NCBI RefSeq assembly: GCF_006345805.1
Contig: NC_043012.1
Span: 57,474,001 to 57,538,000, forward strand
DNA length: 64,000 nucleotides
Direction: 5' to 3'
Origin: Octopus sinensis
Lineage: Eukaryota
The position numbers were made by a program, and so were the translations under genes. Under the pieces are notes generated by a model. That model made no database searches and was not told where the DNA came from. It worked only from the letters and a program-made list of their open reading frames with translations. Position 1 is the first letter of the stretch, and every line of letters starts with the position of its first letter. Below are positions 25,939 to 35,744 of the stretch, in pieces.

Positions 25939-26866
25939 ACGGCTATTACTAGTCGTCACTATCATAGAATGTGTTATCCATTTCCCATATTTTACCCCCC
26001 CCCCCAACATTTTGGGTCATGGCGAAATATTATCTTGATTGGAAACAAGTGACGGCTGGTAACTTGAAGGGCATCTGTCCATAGAAAAATTTGCCTCAGT
26101 AAACCTCATCTGACCTAACCAAGCAAGCATGGATAACTGGACATTAAAACGATGAGATTATGATGATGATGATGATGATGATGATATTCAATATTCTGGT
26201 TTAATCACAACAGTGTAGAATGCCTTCGATTGGGATTGAAACCTCTTCACTTCCATCATGAAACGGCATTGTGGAAACATTAAACCTCGAATACACAATG
26301 GCGTTATTTGGTATTAATCTCACTGAAAACTGCGCTCAAAGTCAGAACTGCACAAATGCTTATCTTTTTGGTTTTTCTCTCTTCGCATCTTAACGATGAA
26401 GAGGTTAGCAGTAAGAAAGAAATGGCTAAACCACCTGTTCACAGAACAGAATTCGTTTTAATTTACGTCAACAAAAGTAAATGATGTGTGCGTATGTCTT
26501 AATATGTGTGTGTGTGCGTGCGTGCGTGTGAGTGTGTGGGTAGGTGAGTGCAGATGAATATGAGCACAATTTTAATACATGCATCTTCTGGTCAACTATA
26601 TATAGATACTTTCATATAGCAGATCACATTATATAATATACAGAATATACAGCTGTATGTATGTCATATATATATATATATATATAATATTATATATATA
26701 TATATATATTATACACATATACTCTATATGTTGCAGCTAGTTACAATACGAAGTACAGTGATAGATTAATTGTTATGCTGGAAGCCGAATGGATAATAAT
26801 AATAATAATAATCTACATCAAGCTTTAACTCATACACTAGTAGTCATACATCTAACTGTACACACA

Positions 26867-26913
<47 letters not shown>

Positions 26914-26956
26914 TGGTGCTTCAACATGGCTTCAGGCAAATGACTGAAACAAGTAA

Positions 26957-26989
<33 letters not shown>

Positions 26990-27302
26990 TTAGCATGAAG
27001 ATGTGGAAACAGTTGTTTTTCTGTTATTTGGTGCCTTCCGGCGATTGTATATCAGGGATTCTAAGCAGGGCGATGCTGGTTCTGCATCTTCATGCCTCAT
27101 GCTAACTTTTAAATTTTATAGCTATTTAATGCTGTTTTGACCTGTTCAACCGCCTGTCTTACTACGGTTAATATCGTCATTTAAAAATATTTACTGTAGA
27201 TGAAATTAAAAGTAGTGACATCTTGGAGAATGGGTTTTGCTTATATATATATATATATAATATATATATATATATGATGATGATTATATACACACACACA
27301 CA

Positions 27303-27336
<34 letters not shown>

Positions 27337-27338
<2 letters not shown>

Positions 27339-27470
27339 CGTTAGGAAGGGCATCCAGCCATAGAAACATTGCCAGATCAAACTGGGCCTGGTGTAGCCTT
27401 CTGGCTTCCCAGACCCCAGTTGAACCGTCCAACCCATGCTAGCATAGAAAGCGGACGCTAAATGATGATA
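27337..27470 (+). mobile_element. RTE LINE extreme 3' tail inside (TA)n
   Basis: Near-identical to 29948-30080. Confidence 0.85.
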
Positions 27471-27638
27471 TATATATATATATATATATATTAGGTTTGG
27501 AGATGATGTACAGGTATTTTGAATTAGAAGAAATGAGGTACTCAGAAATTCAGATAGTTTTATATTTACAGATATTTATTAGTATGTTACATGTTTTTAT
27601 ACATCATATATATATATATATATTTATTTATATATATA

Positions 27639-29455
27639 GGAGAGAAGTGTGTTCGCATGGAAGATGGTTCACTTGCGCTAAATGAGGATGCAAAGAGAGA
27701 GGTTTGGAGATGCCACTATGAAAGGTTGCTGAATGAAGAAAATGAATGGGATAAAGAGAGTCTGCCGAATGTTGACCCAACAGAGGGACCAGCTATCCGA
27801 GTTGATAGTTCTGTGGTAGCTAAGGCAATTAGAAGCATGAAGACAAGGAAAGCCCCAGGCCCATCAGGAATCACTGCAGAGATGCTCAAAATGTCTGGTA
27901 GTGTCGGCTATAGCCTAGTCACCCATATAGTTAATCAGGTGATACACAAAGGGGTCATACCCAATGACTGGTGTAGCAGTATAATAGTCAACTGCTACAA
28001 AGGTAAAGGTGATGCCCTAGATACAAATAACTACAGAGGTATCAAGCTGTTGGACCAGGTGATGAAGGTTACGGAGAGGGTCATAGCCCAACTAATTAGA
28101 GAGAGAGTTAGTTTAGATGAGATGCAGTTTGGGTTTGTGCCAGGGAAAAGTACTACTGATGCTATATTCCTGGTAAGGCAGCTGCAGGAGAAATACCTAG
28201 CCAAAGATAAGCCCCTGTACCTGGCTTTTGTTGACATGGAGAAAGCCTTCGACAGGGTCCCCCGATCCCTTATCTGGTGGGCAATGAGAAAACTAGGGAT
28301 AGATGAATGGTTAGTGAGAGCTGTGCGGGACATGTATAGGGACGCCGCTAGTAGGGTGAGGGTTGGAAATGAGTACAGTGAAGAATTCCGGGTAGAGGTA
28401 GGGGTCCACCAAGGCTCAGTACTCAGCCCCCTCCTATTTATCATAGTCCTCCAGGCAATAACGGAGGAATTCAAGACAGGATGCCCTTGGGAGCTCCTCT
28501 ATGCTGATGACCTTGCTCTAATTGCTGAGTCGCTATCAGAACTGGAGGAGAAGTTTCAGGTGTGGAAACAAGGATTAGAATCGAAGGGCCTCAGAGTCAA
28601 TCTAGCTAAAACCAAAGTCGTAATCAGTAGGAAGGTAGACAAATCACAAACACCTTCAGGTAGATGGCCCTGCTCGATCTGTAGAAAAGGTGTAGGTAGA
28701 AACTCTATAAGATGCACCAAGTGTAAGCTATGGACACATAAGCGATGCAGCAATGTCAAAGGAAGGCTAACTAGGAAGATGGTTTTTGTATGTGGCAGAT
28801 GCTCAGGAACAATAAACACTGAAAATGCTCTGAGACCAACTTCCGTCACTTTCCAGGGAGAAAAACTAGAAATAGTTGATAGTTTCCGTTACCTAGATGA
28901 CCAAGTCAGCAGCGGGGGCGGGTGTGCTGAAAGTGTAACTGCTAGAGTAAGAATAGCTTGGGCAAAGTTCAGAGAGCTCTTACCTCTGCTGGTGACAAAA
29001 GGCCTCTCGCACAGAGTGAAAGGCAGACTGTATGATGCGTGTGTACGAACAGCCATGCTACATGGCAGTGAAACATGGCCGTGACTGCTGAGGATATGCG
29101 TAAGCTCGCTAGAAATGAAGCCAGTATGCTCCGATGGATGTGTAATGCCGGTACTCACACTCGGCAGAGTGTAAGTACCTTGAGAGAAAAGCTGGACCTA
29201 AGAAGCATCAGTTGTGGTGTGCAAGATAGACGTTTGCGCTGGTATGGTCATGTGGCGAGAATGGATGAAGATAGTTGTGTGAAAAAGTGCCACACCCTAG
29301 CGGTTGAGGGAACCTGTGGAAGAGGCAGACCCAGGAAAACCTGGGACGAGGTGGTGAAGCACGACCTTCGAACTTTAGGTCTCACTGAGGAAATGACTAG
29401 AGACCGAGACCTCTGGAAGTGTGCTGTGCGCGAGAAGACCCGGCAGGACAAGTGA
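27639..29455 (+). pseudogene. RTE reverse transcriptase ORF (endonuclease lost by truncation; one frameshift near 29078)
   Basis: Motifs KAPGPSGITAE, NYRGIKLL, QFGFVPGKSTTDAIF, FVDMEKAFDRV, GVHQGSVLSPLLF, LLYADDL, HGSETW, RRLRWYGHVAR, GRGRPRKTW. The ORF-track start at 27591 lies in a microsatellite. Confidence 0.95.
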
Positions 29456-30093
29456 GTCCACAACCCGTGGCCTTCTACATGGGATGGAGCCAGCCTACGT
29501 ATGCATACCTTCCCTTCTTGGGACACAAAACTCTACTTGTGAAGACGTGTTGAGGCAAGTGAGGATCAGAATCGAAATCGATCAATGGAAATTGCGGATG
29601 TGCTACCAGTGCCGGTGGCATGTCGAAACTCTGCTTGTGAAGACCCATTGAGGCAAGTGAGGATCAGAATCGAAATTGATCAATGGAAATCGATCAATGG
29701 AAATTGCAGATGTGTTACCAGTGCCGGTGGCATGTAAGAGAACTTTCCGTTTCGCGACCGTTGCCAGCACCGCCCCGTTTCGCGACCGTTGCCAGCACCG
29801 CCCCGTTTCGTGTCCGTTGCCAGCCTCGCCTGGCCCTCGTGCCGGTGGCACATAAAAAGCACCATCCGTTCGTGGCCGTTTGCCAGCTCTGTCTGGCACC
29901 AGTGCGGGTGGCACGTAAAAAGCACCCACTACACTCACGGAGTGGTTGGCGTTAGGAAGGGCATCCAGCCGTAGAAACACTGCCAGATTTGACTGGGCCT
30001 GATGAAGCCTTCTGGCTTCACAGACCCCAGTAGAACCGTCCAACCCATGCTAGCATGGAAAACGGACGCTAAATGATGATGATGATGATGATG
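27639..30093 (+). mobile_element. RTE-clade non-LTR retrotransposon, 5'-truncated, with 3' UTR and (GAT)n tail
   Basis: RT ORF below, followed by a ~630-bp 3' UTR with internal repeats ending 'ggacgctaaatgatgatgatgatg'; TA tracts on both sides. Confidence 0.93.
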
Positions 30094-30102
30094 ATATATA
30101 TA

Positions 30103-30157
<55 letters not shown>

Positions 30158-30253
30158 CCAGAGTTTCAATGGTGGTGCCCCAGCATGGCCACAGCTCGTG
30201 AGCTGAAACTAGATAAAATAAATAAAATAAATAAATATATACACACATACATA

Positions 30254-30697
30254 CAAGGGGGAGCTGAAGAGTTGCTGGCTTTGAGTAAAAGAAAATACAG
30301 GAGGATCAGTTAATTGTGATTTTATTCAAATATTCCCATCTCAGATTCACACACTTATTGTAGCGGTCCTTCAATTTTCCTAAGCCCTCTAAAATAATGC
30401 AGGGACGTTGGGCCTCCAACAAAGTCTTTTGCAACACCTTTAACCCTTTCGATACCAATCCAGTTGAAACCGCCTCTGGCTTAGTAGTATAAATGTCTTG
30501 TTTTCATTAGTTTTGAATTAAAATTTTCTGCCGAACCTTAGTCACAATTTATATTCCTAACACTAGCTGAATGATAACTAAATTATCTAAATTTTACTAA
30601 ATTCTTTGTTGTATTTAAAATGAATTGAAACACACAACATCTCAAAATAGATATGGTAATGAAAGAGTTAAGCCAGGAACTTTTCAGCACCCCTTCA
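30254..30697. mobile_element. Tc1/mariner-type MITE with TA flanks, hosting a piggyBac-type MITE
   Basis: TIRs caagggggagctgaagagttgctggctt / aagccaggaacttttcagcacccctt; uninterrupted relative at 40176-40394. Confidence 0.8.
30444..30667. mobile_element. piggyBac-type MITE
   Basis: TTAA-ccctttcgatacca...tggtaatgaaagag-TTAA; second copy at 32340-32559. Confidence 0.85.
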
Positions 30698-30950
30698 TAT
30701 ATATATATATATATACTCTTTTACTTGTTTCAGTCATTTGACTGTGGCCATGCTGGAGCACCACCTTTAGTCGAGCAAATTGACCCCAGGACTTATTCTT
30801 TTGTAAGCCTAGTACTTATTCTATCGGTCTCTTTTGCCGAACCGCTAAGTTACAGGGACGTAAACACACCAGCATCGGTTGTCAAGCAATGTTGGGGGGA
30901 CAAACACAGACACACAAACACATAGATATACATACATACATACATATATA

Positions 30951-31320
30951 TAATAATATAATAATAAATATTAGGGAATAAATCCAAATTTACAGGGAAA
31001 AATCAGATTTAGGATTGGATCCAATTTTATAGTAAAATATAATATAATATTAATTAGAGACAAAACCACTATTATGCAAATCAAACAAAGAAAGACTTAA
31101 TCCAATACATAAAAAATTTTATATAAATTAAATATAATTAAGATATCCACTATTGGCAAAGAAGGTCTTGAAACCACCTGATGAATGTCCATAGAATTGA
31201 CAAGAAACGATCGTAGTGGATATCTTAATTATATTTAATTTATATAAAATTTTTTTGTATTGGATTAAGTCTTTCTTTGTTTGATTTGCATAATAGTGGT
31301 TTTGTCTCTAATTAATATTA
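30951..31320 (+). mobile_element. Penelope pLTR-like insertion: ~107-bp inverted repeat enclosing a hammerhead
   Basis: Arms 31045-31152 and 31214-31320 are near-perfect reverse complements; hammerhead in the spacer. Confidence 0.8.
31174..31219 (+). ncRNA. Minimal type I hammerhead ribozyme
   Basis: CCAC-CUGAUGA-A-UGUC(CAUAGAAUU)GACA-A-GAAACGAUCGUA-GUGG; palindromic stem III (ACGAUCGU); predicted cleavage after 31215. Confidence 0.85.
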
Positions 31321-31423
31321 CATATATATATACACGATGGGCTTCTTTCAGTTTCTGTCTACCAAGTCCACTCACAAGGCTTTGATCAGCTGATTTGGTC
31401 AGTATATATATATATATATATAT

Positions 31424-31860
31424 CCTTTATGAAATAGCTGACCAATTCCCAAATATCAATGGAGGTCTATATTGTTGTAACGATTGTCTACTCTACTTTC
31501 AAAATGTTTCTTAATTAAAAATTACAAAGGGTTAAAAAATAGGTTGCTTAAACTTTTCCGAAACATGGGCTTCAGCATTGTTTGCGACAATGATATAACT
31601 AAAGCCAACTTTTTGAATATTACCCATGACTTATATAATGATTCATATTTCCTATACTATAAACCCTCAACTAATTTAAAATATATTAGTTCTTTTAGTT
31701 ACCATTCAAAGGTTATTACTAAGAACTTAGGAATATTTCACTTAGACTTTCTAGATTATCTGCCAATGTTGAAATCTTCAACGATAAAGCTGAATTTTAT
31801 AACTCTGCCTTACTTAAAGCAGGCTATAAAGAAAAAATTACCTATATTAACCCTATTGAC
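31424..31860 (+). mobile_element. Penelope-like element RT fragment (Naiad-like), decayed
   Basis: Across frames: 'NINGGLYCCNDCL' (degenerate GLYRDDGL), 'KNRLLKLFRNMGFSI...ANFLNITHDL...YYKPSTNLKYISSFSYHSKVITKNL', 'LRLSRLSANVEIFNDKAEFYNSALLKAGYKEKITY'. These fit the PLE palm/thumb pattern; the clade assignment is from recall. Confidence 0.75.
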
Positions 31861-32199
31861 ATTAATTCTACCTCTCTTAATCAGGACATGAAAACACATG
31901 ATAACAATAACGACAACATAAATTTTAGTTTAAATAAAAAACACTAAATCGAAGGGTGATAACCATTCTTTAAGTCCCTTTTTTCATGATCCCATAATAT
32001 ATGACGGGCTTCTTTCAGTTTCTGTCAACCAAATCCATCCACAAGGCTTTGGTTGGCCCGAGGCTATAGTAGAAGACACTTGCCCAAGGTGCCATGCAGT
32101 GGGACTGAACCCGGAACCATATGGTTGGTAAGCAAGCTACTTACCACACAGCCACTCTTGCACCTATGAATATATATGTATAATTTAAAACGGCTTGAT

Positions 32200-32333
32200 T
32201 CAGCTCCATGTAACTTATAGATTCCCTGGGTTCTCACAGAAACCCAGCTCATTGAAGCCCATATAACAGAATCTGAGCCCGAATGAACTGGGTTTCTGTT
32301 AAAAGCCTATGAAACTTTAGTTGTATGGAGCTG
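32200..32333. mobile_element. Short fold-back element (about 52-bp imperfect inverted arms)
   Basis: cagctccatgtaact...acagaaacccagctcatt versus aatgaactgggtttctgt...agttgtatggagctg. Confidence 0.7.
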
Positions 32334-32339
32334 TTTTAG

Positions 32340-32559
32340 CCCTTTCATTACCAATCCGGCTGAAACTGGCTCTGGCTCTGAGTACAAATGTCTTGTTTTC
32401 ATAAGTGTTGAATTAAAATCTTCCACCAAACCTTAGTCACAATTTATGTTCATAACACTAGCTTAATGATAACTATGTTATTTTATTAAATTCTTTGTTA
32501 TATTTAAAGTAATTGAAAGAAATACAGAGCATCTCAAAATAAATACTGTAACAAAAGGG
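32340..32559. mobile_element. piggyBac-type MITE, second copy
   Basis: ccctttcattacca...gtaacaaaaggg-TTAA; colinear with 30444-30667; the left target reads TTAG. Confidence 0.85.
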
Positions 32560-32934
32560 TTAAATAATAAAATAAGTAACCCCTACAAAATATTTAGAGT
32601 ACTTTTTCTTCCATTGGTCCACTCACCCATTTACACATTTACACACACACACACACACATACATATATATATATAAATATATATATATACACACACACAC
32701 ACACATCCAATTACCATAATCACCTCTATCATCATCATCATCTAACATCTCTCTTCTATGATGGCTTAGACAGGATAGTTTGACAGGATTTGCAGTGCCA
32801 AAGGACTATGTTGTGTACCAGCATTATGTTCTGGTATTGTTTCTAATGCTGTATGCCTTTCCTAATGTTAACCTCTGCAGGGGTATGTATATCAGGAAGT
32901 GATAAAGTGCCCATACTACAGCACTGGATTCTTG

Positions 32935-33800
32935 AAAAATAACATCTGCAGAAATATTCTCTTTGTGGGTGGTATATGCGAAACGATATAGCTTAAGTCT
33001 TCAATGAACAATTTTATCATTCTTAACACTGGATCCAGTCAAACGCTGAAAAATATATAAAACTGCTTGTTGGTTAGTCAGCAGAGTAAAATATTTTACT
33101 AGTAAAAATGTTACCAAGTATGTAGGCTTTTGGTAGTAACTAATTCTTTCTCAATAACAGTACATACTTCATTGTCATTGAATGAGTGTGAAAATTAAGC
33201 TGTTGGTTATCCCTTTTGAGAGAGAGAGGTCACTAAAGCCACACATCAGCTAATTCAAGTGATCAGTTACGATTGATGATGTGCAACACAAAATCAGCAA
33301 TTATTTACTTCAAGTGTTCAAAAGCCACAATCACTTTAGTTGATAACGGGAAGAGAGATGAATCAAGCGGAGGCCATATTATATCAGAATATCTCGGAAT
33401 CCATCCTGCATAATAAGTGAATAATCCAATAATCTTGGACAAGCTCTTAGAATCTGAAGGAGCTTTAAGATTCAGTAACGATTCCTTGTTGGTGAGGATC
33501 AAGAGAAAGCAAGTCTTTGGCAATCTGATATCCCAAGAATACGATGCTAAATTTCCCATACACACACTAATCATTATTCCGAGGAAGTCCACAATTCTTA
33601 ACATGTTAGGAATCAGTGTAGACTCTTGTCATGTTCAGTAATGTTTCTTTTGAAGATAAAACTGTTATCAAGATAGCAAACACCCCGTAGTTTATTACTG
33701 GTTATAAAATCACTTGTTCCATTCTGGTAAAACATGACTGCATTTAGCAAAACTAAGACCAGTCTTAAGTATTCAAATAACCTGATATTGGCCTCAAAGG
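32935..33800 (-). mobile_element. Ty3/Gypsy LTR-retrotransposon pol remnant (RT, connector, RNase H)
   Basis: Minus strand, frameshifted: 'GVF.YLDN', 'APSDSKSLSKIIGLFTYYAGWIPRYSDIIWPP...FPLS...AFEHLK', 'VIEKEL', 'YFTLLTNQQAVLYIF', 'KNDKI'. No LTRs seen. Confidence 0.8.
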
Positions 33801-33837
33801 TATTGAGGTTTTCTTTTGTTTGAAGAGAGATTTAATC

Positions 33838-34562
33838 TTTTATCTTTTACTTGTTTCAGCCATTGGACTGCGGCCATGCTGGGGCACTGCCTTGAAAAGG
33901 TTTTTAGTCAAATGAATTGACTCCCATACCTTTTTTTTTAAGCTTGGTTTTTACTCTATTGCTCTCTTTTGCTGAACTGCTAAGGCTTTGGGATGTATAC
34001 TGCTGAGACCCTCTTTGGTCATGACTGACCATGGGATTGCACCTAGAAAGTTACCCTCTGAGGCACAAGTCTGGGCAAGTTATTTATAGAAGACCATGCA
34101 TACTGGCCTCCCCATCTCCACACCACCAGTGTTATCCAAGGGAAAGGCAAAGGCCGATACAGCTTGGCACCTGTGACATTACAACTCATTTCTACAGCTG
34201 TGTGAACTGGAAAAATGTGAAATAAAGTGTCTTGCTCAAGAACACAACAAGCAGCCTGGTCTGGGTATCAAACTCACAACCTCATGATTGTAAGGTTGAT
34301 GTTCTAAACACTGAGCCATGTGCCTTCATGAGAAGGGATGTAAACACACCAACACTAATTACCAAGCGGTGGTGGGCTACAAAAACACACACACACACAC
34401 ACACACAAATATGATGGGTTTCTTTCAGTTTCTGTTGACCAAATCCACTCACAAGGCTTTGATGAGCCTGAGGGCATAGTAAATGACACTTGCCCAAGTG
34501 GATTAACACAGAGCCATGTATTGGGGAAGCAAGCTTCTTACCACATAGCCATGCCTGTGCCT
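33838..34562 (-). mobile_element. SINE family A interrupted by SINE family D (34005-34330)
   Basis: 'gggatgta' occurs on both sides of the D copy. Confidence 0.75.
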
Positions 34563-35744
34563 GAATAGTAAGTGTTTATTTACCCACAGAATCGTTAGCC
34601 TGTCAAACATAAATGCTTTGTGGCATTTGTTCCAGTTTTGCATTTTTGAGTTTAAATGCTACTGAAGTCGACTTTACCTTCTGTCCTTTCAGAGTTGATA
34701 AAATAAGTGCCAATTGAGCACAGGGGTGAATGTAAATTGACTAACCCACTTCCTCTAAAAATTGCCGGCTTTGTGTCAAAATCTGAAACCATTTTTCTAC
34801 TGGTTAAAGTTCTGAAATGAAGTTCTAACTTATTAAAAATTGAAAGGCGAGTGAAATCTTGGACAAGTTCCTTGATGTTAGGCTTCAAATAAACAATTAG
34901 CTTTGCATAATAGTTAATGATTCTGATATTACCACAATGCTCTTACTTTTCTTATGACCATTCTTTGTAGTGATAATTTGATTATAGTGATAATTTGATT
35001 TCATTAGGGATAGTTGAAGGCGTTGATAATCCCACCTTTGAATAAATTTTCAACTCAAGGTTTTAAAAGGGGTTTATCATCTGACGTATCTTACCTGGAG
35101 AGAGTAACAATCAGCTTTATTCCTTCATGGGAAAAGAAAAGGGGGGGGGGGCTCAATTCAACATGGGTAATGAATTGTTGCATAATTCAAGAATTTGATT
35201 TATTCCATGAAATTCAAAAAGTTATTCTATGAAATTCAAAAATTACAGGGATGTAAACACACTGCCACTTGACAGCTGGTGTTTGTGTGTTTACATTCTA
35301 GTAATTTAGCAGTTTGGGAAAAGAGACAGATATAATAAGTACCAAGCTTTTACAAAAGAATGATAAGTAGTGGGGCCGATTTGTTCGAGTAAATCCATCA
35401 AGGTGTTACCCCACCATGGCCGCAGTCTAATGATGGAAACAAGTAAAAGATAAAAGGTAGAAAAAACGATAATGACAGGCCTTGATTATTTATTGGGAAC
35501 TGTTGAAAACCCACAAACTCTATTCTCTTCAACACCATCATAAATGTTGCATCATTTAGAAGGAAGAAGGAAGGGCCTCCTTTCAGTTATGAATGACTAT
35601 GGGATTGCACCTACAAAGTTACCTTCTGATGTACAAGTCCAGGCAAGGTTGTTCATGGAAGACCAGCAGTCACCCATGCATACCAACCTCCCTTCTCCAT
35701 CCACCCATGTTATCCAAATGCCAATACAGTTTGGCACCAGTAAT

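Larger units (their letters stand above)
30715..31392 (-). mobile_element. SINE family A split at its (TA)n by a hammerhead-bearing insertion
   Basis: Tail half at 30715-30945; the sequence resumes at 31321 with 'acgatgggcttctttcagtttc'. Confidence 0.8.

Noticed and set aside
29995-30025. CUGAUGA plus hairpin in the RTE 3' UTR as a hammerhead
   Set aside because: No downstream GAAA core; other copies read ctggtgtagcc or ctggagcagcc, so the match is coincidental.
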